From contig CBDDBZ010000015.1 of NCBI GenBank assembly GCA_965225945.1, positions 1 through 59,637 of the forward strand: DNA of 59,637 nt. The letters are read 5' to 3'. Position numbers and translations under genes: made by a program. Numbering within the stretch: the stretch's first letter is position 1; each line of letters begins with the position of its first letter. This document shows positions 19,002 to 28,341 of the stretch, piece after piece. Origin of the DNA: Alphaproteobacteria bacterium. Lineage in GTDB: Bacteria; Pseudomonadota; Alphaproteobacteria; GCA-2731375. Under the pieces are notes generated by a model. That model worked only from the letters and a program-made list of their open reading frames with translations, was not told the origin of the DNA and made no database searches.

Positions 19002-19793
19002 TCACCGAAACGGTGCCAGGGCCAAGGTGGCGCCGGCGCGGAGGTGGTCGTATTCGGTCATCCGGGCCGGGCCGAAGATCTGGATGCCGCGCGCCCGCAT
19101 CGCCTCGTATTCGGCGCCGTCGCGGGGCCCGACCGCCGCCTCCACCGCGACCCCCTTGGCGAGCGCGCTCGCCACCACCCCTTCCATCGCCGCCAATAGC
19201 GTGGGATCGTCCCAACCGCCCGGCGTTGCCATGTCGGCCGCGAGATCGCCCGGGCCGAAGACGATGGCATCGACGCCGTCGACCGCCATCAACGCCTCGG
19301 CGTTCTCGATGCCGAGGGCGGATTCGATCTTCAGGATCACACACGTCGCCGCGTTGGCATCGGCCCGGTAGGTGGCGGAATCCTCGATCCAATAATCGGC
19401 GTTGGGGCCATGCGCCAGGGCCCGCACACCCAACGGCGGATACTTGGTGAAACGCACCAGATCCTCGACCTGGGCCACGGTCTCGGCGTGGCAGAGGCAG
19501 CAGCCGAGCGCGCCGGCGTCGAGCAGGCGGCCGATCTCGGCCCGATTCACCCCCGGGATGGTGACCACCGGGGAGAGGCCGGCGTCCCGCGCCATCACCA
19601 GGAAGTTCGTCAGGGTTTCGGGATCGTGGAGGATGTGTTCGGTCTCCACGAACAGCAGGTCGAAGCCGAGTTGGGAGACGATTCTGACCACCGAGGGGCG
19701 CAGCGCCTCGAAGACGTTGAAGGCGATCACCGGCCCCCCGTTTCTCAGGATCTCCTTGGCGCGATTGCGGATCGTGGGACCGTTCTCAGCCAT
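19002..19793 (-). CDS. HpcH/HpaI aldolase/citrate lyase family protein
   Basis: ETEH, LLDAGA, KYPPLGVR, KIES, FGPGDL; GGAGG RBS before ATG 19793. Confidence 0.85.
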   Translation of the reverse strand: MAENGPTIRNRAKEILRNGGPVIAFNVFEALRPSVVRIVSQLGFDLLFVETEHILHDPETLTNFLVMARDAGLSPVVTIPGVNRAEIGRLLDAGALGCCLCHAETVAQVEDLVRFTKYPPLGVRALAHGPNADYWIEDSATYRADANAATCVILKIESALGIENAEALMAVDGVDAIVFGPGDLAADMATPGGWDDPTLLAAMEGVVASALAKGVAVEAAVGPRDGAEYEAMRARGIQIFGPARMTEYDHLRAGATLALAPFR

Positions 19794-19895
19794 CGCCGGA
19801 CCTCCGTTGTCGCGTGGGGCTTGGCGGGAGGATACGAAATTCCGGGCGAGCGGGCGAGCGGGGCGGCACGGGGAGTCGCCTTTTATGGCGATTGG

Positions 19896-21118
19896 CACAG
19901 TACACGACTCGTTCATGCTGGCTTTGGCCTGGGCACCTGGACTGGTGGTTTTCCGGGGACGAGGAAACGAATCAGCTCAATGGCTTGACGCCTGTCGATA
20001 GGATTGACGAGCTGTCGCCTTATCCACTCGAAACCGTATCGGAAGATGGATTTTGCCATCCTTTTGTGGGTTTTGAGGCGGATCGGCTCGGCCTCGTGGA
20101 GCCAATCGCCGACTTTGTGCGCCCAGCAGAAGGTGATGGAAAGGACGGCGGTGAGCTTGGAGATGCGCTCCGGGTCGGTCATGTGGGTGTCTTCGAGGTT
20201 GAAGCCACGGGTTTTCAAGGCGGCGAAGAGGGTCTCGATTTGCCAGCGCTGGGCGTAGATGGCCAAGGCCTCCTCGGGCGCGTCGTTGGTCACGACGATC
20301 AACAGTTCGCCGGTCTTGAGATGGAGCGCGGCGACGAAGACGGGCCTGGCCTTGGGTTTTCTGGCCTCCGAGAGGCGCCTGGCGTTGGAGAGGATGCGGC
20401 TTTCCCCGGGTTTGAGGTCGCGAAACAGCTCCCTCGCCTTGACCATGCGACCACGCGTGTTGGCGATCTTGATGTTGGATCGGATGCGGATGTGAAAGGG
20501 GATGGCCTTTTCCTGCAACCATGCCAGCCAGGCGTCGCCGATGAATTCCCGGTCGGCCAGGAGGCTGGCGATCTTGTCGACCCCGAAGAGCCGGAGGACG
20601 TGTTCGAGGATCGCGATCCGCTCCTTGGTATTGGAATTGCCCGCCTTGTCGAGCACCCGCCAGCACACGGGAATGGCGATGGCGCGGTTGACGATGCCGA
20701 TCATCAAGATGTTGACGTCGCGGCGACCCAGCCGCCAGTTGGTCCGGTCCATGGTCAGCCGCCACGGCCCCGCCTGGAGCCCCATCATCGCGACCAGGAA
20801 CTCGGCGAGGCGATCGTAATCGAAATCGACTTGCTCGAAAAACCGTTGCAGGCGCCGATAGTTGGAGCTGGATCGCGCGCGCCCCGGAAAGTGGCAGGCC
20901 AAGTGAGAGAGGTTCACCGTCCGGGCGACGAACACGCCGAAGACCAAGACGCAAAGGCTCTCCAGACGGCTCTTGCGAAAGGCGAAGCCGCATCGTAGCG
21001 TCTCACGCAGGGCGTTGATCGGGTTGTCTCGCATGATTTCCCTCTTGACTCGTCGTGGAGTGAATCGGGAATCCTACAACCTTTTCAACGTCCTACGTAA
21101 ATGCCGTCGTGTACCATG
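19896..21118 (-). mobile_element. IS4-family insertion sequence
   Basis: Imperfect 13-bp IRs cacagtacacgac / gtcgtgtaccatg; 9-bp target duplication ggcgattgg at 19887-19895 and 21119-21127. Confidence 0.9.
19913..21034 (-). CDS. IS4-family DDE transposase
   Basis: NYRRLQRFF, MDRTNW, LADREF, YAQRWQIETLFAALKTRGFNLE (YREK-type signature). Confidence 0.92.
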   Translation of the reverse strand: MRDNPINALRETLRCGFAFRKSRLESLCVLVFGVFVARTVNLSHLACHFPGRARSSSNYRRLQRFFEQVDFDYDRLAEFLVAMMGLQAGPWRLTMDRTNWRLGRRDVNILMIGIVNRAIAIPVCWRVLDKAGNSNTKERIAILEHVLRLFGVDKIASLLADREFIGDAWLAWLQEKAIPFHIRIRSNIKIANTRGRMVKARELFRDLKPGESRILSNARRLSEARKPKARPVFVAALHLKTGELLIVVTNDAPEEALAIYAQRWQIETLFAALKTRGFNLEDTHMTDPERISKLTAVLSITFCWAHKVGDWLHEAEPIRLKTHKRMAKSIFRYGFEWIRRQLVNPIDRRQAIELIRFLVPGKPPVQVPRPKPA

Positions 21119-21168
21119 GGCGATTGGTATAAATTATTGCGTTGGAACATCGTCGGGGAGGGACGCGC

Positions 21169-23184
21169 ATGCGCGATCTGGTGCGGCTGGAGCTGATCCG
21201 GGAATCGCTGATCGCCGTGGTCAACGAAATGCGGGCGAACGTGATCCATTCGTCCTATTCTTCCGTGCTCTACGAAGGCCACGACTTCTCCTGCGCGCTG
21301 ATGACCGCCGACGGCCGCCAGATCGCCCAGTCGCTGGACGACCATCCGATCCACATCTTCGCCGTGCCCTATTCGACCGTGGAGGTCGCCACCGCCTTCG
21401 CCGGCGACATCCACGAGGGCGACATCTTCCTCCATAACGACCCCTATACCGGCGGCACCCACCTGAACGACATTCTGATGCTCCATCCCGTCTTCCACGA
21501 GGGCCGGCCGACGATCTTCACCGCCGTCCGCTGCCACTGGGGCGACGTCGGGGGCATGACGCCCGGCTCTCTCTCCGGCCAGGTTACCGAGATCATCCAG
21601 GAAGGCATCCGCATCACGCCGACGCGGATCTGTCACAAGGGGGAGATGAACGAGGCCTTTCTGGAGTTGATGTTCAACAACATGCGCACCAAGGCCGAGC
21701 GGATGGGCGACTTCAACACCATGCTCGGCACCACGCGCAAGGCCGCCGAGCACATCGAGCGGCTGTTCCAGCGCTTCGGCGGCGCCGTGCTGCTGGACGG
21801 CATCGAGGAACTGATCGCCCGGGCCGAGGCGCAGATGCGCGCCCGCATCGCCGAGCTTCCCGACGGCGTGCACCACGCCGAAGGCTATATCGAGAGCACC
21901 GGACCGACGCCGGAGCCGCTCTACGCGCGGCTCGAGCTCACCATCGAGGGTGACGAGATCACCGCCGACTTCACCGGCTCCTCGGCCCAGACCGCCGGTC
22001 CAACCAACATCGGCCCGTCGATGGCGATCAACTCCCTCGGCACCATCGTGAAATCGTTCCTCGACCCGACGACGCCGATCAACCACGGCTCCTTCGCGCC
22101 CCTTACCGTGATCGCGCCCGAGGGCAGCTTCACCAACGCGCGCTATCCCGCCCCCTGCGGCGCCATGGCCGAGGTCAAGCATCTGCTGGACGCGCTAGTC
22201 GCCAGCGCGCTGGGCGAGGCGGTGCCGGAGATGAAGATCGGCGACCACAAGGGCGGCGCCAACCACACCTACATCTCGGGCCCGGAGCCCACCGGCGAGG
22301 GCATCTATCTGCTGTATGAATGGCCGGCCGGCGGCACCGGCGGCACCGAGGGCGTCGACGGCAACCACGCCATGCGCTTCTACACTGAGGGCGATTTCAG
22401 CTCGCTCCACTCCGCCGAAGTGGTGGAGAGCCGCTTTCCGCTCAGAATCGAGCGGAGCGAGCTGCGCGAGGGCTCCTGCGGCGACGGGCGCTTTCGCGGC
22501 GGCCTCGGCATGCGGCGCGAGGTGCGTCTGGTGGGCGAGAAGGCCGTGCTCTCGGTGGTCTCGGAGAAGAACGTGATCCCGCCCTACGGGATCGACGGCG
22601 GCGGCAACGGCGCCGGCAACCGCTTCACCGTGATCCGCGACGGCGAGGTGATCGAGCCCTCGGCCGTCCCGGGCAAGATCTCCGGCTTCCCGCTCCGGTC
22701 CGGCGACGTGGTGCGGGAGGAATCCTCCGGCGGCGGCGGTTATGGCGACCCGCTGAGCCGCGAATTGGACCGCGTCGCCCGCGATCTCCGGCTCGGCTAC
22801 CTCGACCCCCGCCAGGCCGAGCTGCGCTATGGCGTGGTCCTGGACGAGGACGGCGCGATTCACCCGGCGGCCACGGAGGAATTGCGGGCGCGACTCCGCG
22901 ACGCGCGCGTCCACGTCACGCTGGAGGCCGCCAACGACGACCTCTTCGACGGACCACGGCGGCAATACCGCCTGCCGGGGGAAATCGCGGCGCGGCTCGG
23001 CGTGGCGGCGGGGCAGATGGTCGAGCTCAGGGCGGAGCATGGTCCCGGGGTCAGGGGCTGGGTGGAGATCGACGCGGCGGCGGCCGAGGGCATCCCCCTC
23101 GGCCCGGCGGGCATGCGGCTGCTCGGGGCCGCGCCGGGTGACCGCGTCGAGGTCCGTGCCGTTCGCCGCTCACCCACCCTCTAG
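21169..23184 (+). CDS. Hydantoinase B/oxoprolinase family protein with C-terminal extension
   Basis: DFSCAL, NDPYTGGTHLND, HWGDVGGMTPGS, GDGRFRGGLG, GGGGYGDP. Confidence 0.92.
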   Translation: MRDLVRLELIRESLIAVVNEMRANVIHSSYSSVLYEGHDFSCALMTADGRQIAQSLDDHPIHIFAVPYSTVEVATAFAGDIHEGDIFLHNDPYTGGTHLNDILMLHPVFHEGRPTIFTAVRCHWGDVGGMTPGSLSGQVTEIIQEGIRITPTRICHKGEMNEAFLELMFNNMRTKAERMGDFNTMLGTTRKAAEHIERLFQRFGGAVLLDGIEELIARAEAQMRARIAELPDGVHHAEGYIESTGPTPEPLYARLELTIEGDEITADFTGSSAQTAGPTNIGPSMAINSLGTIVKSFLDPTTPINHGSFAPLTVIAPEGSFTNARYPAPCGAMAEVKHLLDALVASALGEAVPEMKIGDHKGGANHTYISGPEPTGEGIYLLYEWPAGGTGGTEGVDGNHAMRFYTEGDFSSLHSAEVVESRFPLRIERSELREGSCGDGRFRGGLGMRREVRLVGEKAVLSVVSEKNVIPPYGIDGGGNGAGNRFTVIRDGEVIEPSAVPGKISGFPLRSGDVVREESSGGGGYGDPLSRELDRVARDLRLGYLDPRQAELRYGVVLDEDGAIHPAATEELRARLRDARVHVTLEAANDDLFDGPRRQYRLPGEIAARLGVAAGQMVELRAEHGPGVRGWVEIDAAAAEGIPLGPAGMRLLGAAPGDRVEVRAVRRSPTL

Positions 23185-23207
23185 CGTCTCCTCGCCCGAG
23201 TAGACCG

Positions 23208-25247
23208 ATGTCCCAACGACAACTTCTGATTGGGATCGACGTCGGCGGCACCTTCACCGACGTGCTGTGCTACGAGGCCCGAACCCAGACGCTACTGGCG
23301 GCCAAGGTGCCGTCGATCCCCGGCAGCCAATGGCGCGGCGTGCTCGACGCGCTGGATGCGCTCGGTGTCGATCGCGGCGACATTTCCGCCTTCGTCCACG
23401 GCACCACCATCGCCACCAACGCACTGCTGGAGCGCAAGGGCGCCAAGACCGGCATGGTCACCACGGAGGGCTTCCGCGACGTCATCGAGATCGGCCGCAC
23501 CCGCCGGCTGGTGGGGGGCCTGTTCGACATCAAGTTCGTTCGCGCAGCACCTATCGCCGAACGCGACGTCCGCCTCGAGGTGCCGGAACGCACGCTGAGC
23601 GACGGCACGATCGAGTCCGACATCGGCGACTTCGACTTCACCGAGATCGTGGAGATCTTCCGCGCCAAGGGCGTGGAGAGCATCGCCGTCTGTTTCCTCA
23701 ACGCCTATGTCGACGACACCACCGAACGGGCCGCTGCTGAGCGACTGGGGGCCCTGATGGCGGAAGTGCCGATCACCACCTCGGCCGCCGTGGTCCGCGA
23801 GCGGGGCGAATACGAGCGCTTCTCGACCGCCGTGCTGAACGCCTATCTGACGCCGGTGATGACGGGCTATCTCGACACGCTGGCGGGCGAGCTCGAGGCG
23901 AGCGGCGTTGCCGCGCCGGTCAACATCATGGGCTCCAACGGCGGCGCCATGACGCTCGAGCGGGCGGCCGGCCTGGTCGCCGCCACCTTCCTCTCCGGCC
24001 CCGTGGGCGGCGTCAACGGCGCGCTCCGGGTTGCCGAGCTCGCCGGCATCGAGCACTGCATCACCTTCGACATGGGCGGCACCAGCACCGACGTCGCGCT
24101 GGTCCACGACTTGGAGCCCCGGATCAGTCATGCCAACCAGGTCGACGCCTATCCCCTGCAGATGCCGCAGCTCGACATCCACACTATCGGCGCCGGCGGC
24201 GGCAGCATCGTGTGGGTCCGCCCCGACGGCACGCTGGAGCTGGGGCCCCAAAGCGCCGGCGCGGTGCCCGGTCCGGCCTGCTACGACCGGGGCGGCGCGG
24301 CGGCCACGATCTCCGACGCCAATCTGCTGCTCGGCCGCCTGCCCACCGACCGCGCGCTCAGTGGCGGCCTGAAACTGGCCTCGGCGCCGGCGATGCGGGC
24401 CTTCCGCGATCTCCTCCCGGCGCTGGGCGGGGGGGCGGGCGATCCCGTGCGCCTGGCCGACGGCGTGCTCAGAATTGCCGTCGCCAAGATGGCGGGGGCA
24501 GTGCGCGAGGTCTCGGTCCACCGGGGCCTCGATCCCCGCGACTTCACCATCGTCGGCTTCGGCGGCGCGGGGCCGATGCACGTGTTGCTGGTCGCCGACG
24601 AGCTGGCGATGGAGCGCGCGATGGTGCCGCGCTACCCGGGCCACCTCTCGGCGCTGGGACAGCTCCTAGCCGATCGCCGCCACGACTTCGTGCTGGCCTG
24701 GGGGGGGCGGCTCGGCGAACTCTCGATCGATGATTTGGCGACGCGGGTGGCCGGCATGCGGGCCGAGGCGACCGGCCTGCTGGAGGCCGACGGGATCGCG
24801 GGCGAGCGGATCCGCCACCGGGTGACGCTCGACATGCGCTACTCCGGCCAGTCCTTCACCCTCGCGGTGCCGTGGGACGACGCCAGCACCGAGTGGACGC
24901 CGTTGCGCCGGGCCTTCGATGCCCGCCACGAGGAGACCTTCGGTTATGCCGACACGGAGAACGACGCGGAGATCGTCAATATCCGGCTGGTGACACTCGG
25001 CCTCGTGGACAAGCCCGACCTCGCTTTCCGGACCGAGGCCGTCGGCGACGGGTTACGCGAGACCCGTCCCGTCTGGTTCGACGACGACTGGGCCGACTGC
25101 CCGATATACGATCGCGACGGAATCGCGGCGGGCGTCACCTTCGAGGGCCCCGCGATTGTCGAGGAGGCGGGCGGCACCACCGTGGTCCCGCCCGGCTGGC
25201 GGGTCCGGGTGCATGCCTCGGGCGCCCTCGACTGCCGCCGCCGGTGA
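23208..25247 (+). CDS. Hydantoinase A/oxoprolinase family protein (ATP-binding subunit)
   Basis: GIDVGGTFTD, HGTTIATNALLERKG, LSGPVGG, DMGGTSTD, IGAGGGS, GPQSAGAVPGPACY, FGGAGPMH. Confidence 0.93.
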   Translation: MSQRQLLIGIDVGGTFTDVLCYEARTQTLLAAKVPSIPGSQWRGVLDALDALGVDRGDISAFVHGTTIATNALLERKGAKTGMVTTEGFRDVIEIGRTRRLVGGLFDIKFVRAAPIAERDVRLEVPERTLSDGTIESDIGDFDFTEIVEIFRAKGVESIAVCFLNAYVDDTTERAAAERLGALMAEVPITTSAAVVRERGEYERFSTAVLNAYLTPVMTGYLDTLAGELEASGVAAPVNIMGSNGGAMTLERAAGLVAATFLSGPVGGVNGALRVAELAGIEHCITFDMGGTSTDVALVHDLEPRISHANQVDAYPLQMPQLDIHTIGAGGGSIVWVRPDGTLELGPQSAGAVPGPACYDRGGAAATISDANLLLGRLPTDRALSGGLKLASAPAMRAFRDLLPALGGGAGDPVRLADGVLRIAVAKMAGAVREVSVHRGLDPRDFTIVGFGGAGPMHVLLVADELAMERAMVPRYPGHLSALGQLLADRRHDFVLAWGGRLGELSIDDLATRVAGMRAEATGLLEADGIAGERIRHRVTLDMRYSGQSFTLAVPWDDASTEWTPLRRAFDARHEETFGYADTENDAEIVNIRLVTLGLVDKPDLAFRTEAVGDGLRETRPVWFDDDWADCPIYDRDGIAAGVTFEGPAIVEEAGGTTVVPPGWRVRVHASGALDCRRR

Positions 25248-25286
25248 CGATGGCGTAAGCCGCGTCAGCGGATCATGCTCTAAGGG

Positions 25287-25586
25287 CTACGGCAGGTGGT
25301 TGCGGCCGGGCCCAGGCCGGCGCGGTTTCGGCACGGCGGTGAATTGATAGCAGATGATGGCGCCGATGGCGGCGACGCCGGCGTTGGCCATGCCGATGCC
25401 CAAGATGGTCGGCGACCAGGCGACCCAGAGGAGGAGCGGCGTCACCGCGAGCTGCAGCCCGAAGAAGGTGAAACCATGCATGGCCCAGCGCTCCCGGGGG
25501 CTCTCCTCGTAACGCTGGGCCTCGTAACGCTGGGCCTCGTAACGCTGGGCCTCGTATCGATGCGACATCTCGCCTCGCTCCGCCAC
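25287..25586 (-). CDS. Small hypothetical membrane protein with YEAQR repeats
   Basis: Two hydrophobic segments after an in-frame pentapeptide repeat; start uncertain. Confidence 0.45.
   Translation of the reverse strand: MAERGEMSHRYEAQRYEAQRYEAQRYEESPRERWAMHGFTFFGLQLAVTPLLLWVAWSPTILGIGMANAGVAAIGAIICYQFTAVPKPRRPGPGRNHLP
25505..25556. repeat. 15-bp tandem repeat, 3.5 copies
   Basis: cctcgtaacgctggg three times plus cctcgta. Confidence 0.92.
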
Positions 25587-25692
25587 CGGCGCCGCCCACT
25601 CTAACCCAGCCGGGCCGAAGGCGAAAGCGGGCTTGGGTTCGCGTCGGCGAAGCGGCTATCATTGTCAATCGTGGCGTGGCCCAGGGGCATCG

Positions 25693-26226
25693 ATGACCGG
25701 CAATGAACTGCTGAGCGGGCTCTATGCCTGGCTCGATGCCATGGCGCTCCCCGCGCTCGCGCTCGGCTTTGCCGTCCCCGTTCTCGGCACCGGGCTCGCC
25801 TGGGTCGGCAAGTTGGGCGACAGCGAGGCCGACGGCCGACTGATCGCCAATCTGTTCATTGGCCTCGCGCTGATCCTGGTGCTGCTCGAGGTCGCGGCGA
25901 TCGCCGTCGCCGTTTCGGTGCTCGATGCCGATCCGTTGCAAGCCGACATCGCCCTCCTGGCGGCGCCGGTGGTCGCCGTCGTGGGCTCGATCCTGGGGAT
26001 CGGGCGGGTCTTCCCGCTGAACCAGCTCGCCTCCTGGCGCAGCTTCACCGACATCGGCGCCTTCATCCTCGGCTGCGCCGTGTTGATCTGGCTGTTTTCC
26101 AAGTTCCGCGGCTGGGGGATCATCTTCTTCGGCGGCATTCCGCAGCTCGTGATCATCGCCGTGCTGGTCTTTTTCGTCTTGAAGCGGCTCTACACTCGCG
26201 CCTTCCGCCGCGATTCCCAGTCCTGA
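25693..26226 (+). CDS. Hypothetical multi-pass membrane protein
   Basis: About five hydrophobic helices; GC3-rich codon pattern; sits 25 bp before the next gene. Confidence 0.7.
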   Translation: MTGNELLSGLYAWLDAMALPALALGFAVPVLGTGLAWVGKLGDSEADGRLIANLFIGLALILVLLEVAAIAVAVSVLDADPLQADIALLAAPVVAVVGSILGIGRVFPLNQLASWRSFTDIGAFILGCAVLIWLFSKFRGWGIIFFGGIPQLVIIAVLVFFVLKRLYTRAFRRDSQS

Positions 26227-26251
26227 CGAAGCCGGCCCCCGGAGACTTCCC

Positions 26252-27322
26252 ATGGCGCTGACCACGACGACCATCGGGTCCTATCCCAAACCGGCCTACG
26301 TCGCGATCCCGGACATGTTCCAGGACCGCGTGGAAACGATGAAGAACCCGACGAGGGGCTACGCCGAGGCGGTGCGGGCGCTGGGCGCCGACGCGGAGGC
26401 GGTCTTGGCCCAGGGCACGCGCGAGGCGGTGCTGGATCAGGTCGGCGCCGGCGTCGACATCCCGACCGACGGCGAGATCCGGCGCGAGAACTACATCCAC
26501 TATCACTGCCGCCACATCGACGGGATCGACTTCGACGACCTGACCCTGACGCGGGTCCGCGACGGTGCCTATGCCGATGCGTTGTTCCCCACCATCACCG
26601 GGCCGGTCGGCGCCGGGGCGCCCTTCCTGGCGCGCGACTGGAAGCTCGCGCAGTCGTTCACCGAGCGGCCGGTGAAAATCACCGTGCCCGGGCCGATGAC
26701 GATCGGGGAGACCATCGCCGATGCCCACTATGGCGACCCGAGGCGCCGCGACGCCGCGCTGGCCGAGGCGGTGAACGTGGAGATCCGGGCGCTGGCCGAG
26801 GCCGGCTGCCGGCACGTGCAGGTCGATGAGCCGCTCTTCGCGCGCAGGCCCGAGGACGCGCTCGCCTACGGCTTCGAGAACCTGGAGCGCTGCTTTCACG
26901 GGCTTCCCGAGGACGTCATCCGCACCGTTCACATGTGCTGCGGCTATCCGGACATGCTGGACAACCCGGATTTCGTCAAGGCACCCAAGGACTCCTACGC
27001 CCGGATCGCCGACGCCATCGAGGACTCGGTGATCCAGGCGGTGTCGATCGAGGATGCCCACCGGCCGAACGACCTTTCGCTGCTGGAACGCTTCCGGACC
27101 ACGACGGTGATCCTCGGCGTCGTCGCAATCGCCTCCAGCCGGGTCGAGACGGTGGAGGAGATTCGGGCCCGGCTCGCCGAGGCGCGGGAACACATCGACG
27201 CCCGCCGACTGATCGCCGCGCCGGATTGCGGCCTGGCGATGCTGGGTCGCGATCTCGCGCTCGAAAAGCTCGCCAACCTCTGTCGCGCGGCGCATGATCC
27301 GGGCGGAGGAGCCGAAACATGA
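26252..27322 (+). CDS. Cobalamin-independent methionine synthase II family protein (single-barrel core MetE-like)
   Basis: TTIGSYPKP, TDGEIRRE, KITVPGPMT, VQVDEP, HMCCGY (HxC), PDCGL; no N-terminal MetE barrel. Confidence 0.88.
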   Translation: MALTTTTIGSYPKPAYVAIPDMFQDRVETMKNPTRGYAEAVRALGADAEAVLAQGTREAVLDQVGAGVDIPTDGEIRRENYIHYHCRHIDGIDFDDLTLTRVRDGAYADALFPTITGPVGAGAPFLARDWKLAQSFTERPVKITVPGPMTIGETIADAHYGDPRRRDAALAEAVNVEIRALAEAGCRHVQVDEPLFARRPEDALAYGFENLERCFHGLPEDVIRTVHMCCGYPDMLDNPDFVKAPKDSYARIADAIEDSVIQAVSIEDAHRPNDLSLLERFRTTTVILGVVAIASSRVETVEEIRARLAEAREHIDARRLIAAPDCGLAMLGRDLALEKLANLCRAAHDPGGGAET

Positions 27323-27924
27323 CGACACGAGCGGAAATGCCCGAGTGGGGTGGCGACGCCGAGGCTTTCGTCGACGGCCTCTTGCGCTGGCTGGCCGAGG
27401 CCGGCAAGTCCCACTACGACGCGGAGGTGTCGCAGCTCGAGCACGCACTGCAAACGGCGGCCCGTGCCGTCGAGGACGGGGCCGACGACGAAGCGATCGC
27501 CTCGGCGCTGCTGCACGACGTCAGCCATCTGGTGATCGGCGAGCACCGCGGCCGCGCCGACTTCCTGCGACGCGACGAGGGCCACGAGGCGGTGGGCGCC
27601 CGGTGGCTGGCGCGCGTCCTGCCGCCGAGCGTGACCCGGCCGGTCGGGCTGCACGTGCCCGCCAAGCGCTATCTCTGCGCCATCGAGCCCGCGTATTGGC
27701 ATGGCCTGTCGGTTGCGTCGAAGGCGAGCCTGGAACTCCAAGGCGGCCCGCTGGGCGAGGACGAGGCCCGGACCTTCGCGGCGCTCTCCGGCGCCGAGAC
27801 GGCGGCCCGCCTGCGCCGCTGGGACGACCGGGGCAAGGTCGCGGGCGCGAAGGCACCCGGGCTGGAGACCCACCGCGACCGGCTGTTGGCTATCGTGGGG
27901 GCCCGGGACGCCGAGGGCGCGTAG
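27319..27924 (+). CDS. PhnZ/TmpB-like HD-domain diiron protein
   Basis: VSQLEHALQTA, ALLHDVSH, GHE, LHVPAKRYL, SLELQGG, LRRWDD-GK; ATGA overlap with the upstream gene. Confidence 0.85.
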   Translation: MTTRAEMPEWGGDAEAFVDGLLRWLAEAGKSHYDAEVSQLEHALQTAARAVEDGADDEAIASALLHDVSHLVIGEHRGRADFLRRDEGHEAVGARWLARVLPPSVTRPVGLHVPAKRYLCAIEPAYWHGLSVASKASLELQGGPLGEDEARTFAALSGAETAARLRRWDDRGKVAGAKAPGLETHRDRLLAIVGARDAEGA

Positions 27925-28341
27925 GCAGGCGCCACGCCATGTCGGGCACAATTGAGATGGCGCCGGCCGTGGCGCTATTTTGGGCCGCGTTTCTCGATCG
28001 GATCGAAGATGCGGAGGATGCCCGGGCGCGATGGTACGACGTCTTCAGCATCGGCGACGACGCGGCGGCGGCGGACGCCGGCGCACGCCTCATCCTCACG
28101 GGCGCCAAGACGGCGACATCGTCCTTGTTCTGGGAATACGAAGCGAGCGGTGCTCGTCCGCCTTTTGAGGGCGCGCTCAGCATCCTGCTCGATGGCAAGG
28201 CGGTGCCGATCTGCGTCGTCGAGACCACCTAGGTCGAGGTCATGCCGTTCCGCGCGGTCGACGGGGAATTTGTCCGCGACTATGGCGAATGGGACGGCAC
28301 GCTCGCGACTTGGCGCGAGGAATGTTGGGCCTTTTATGTAA

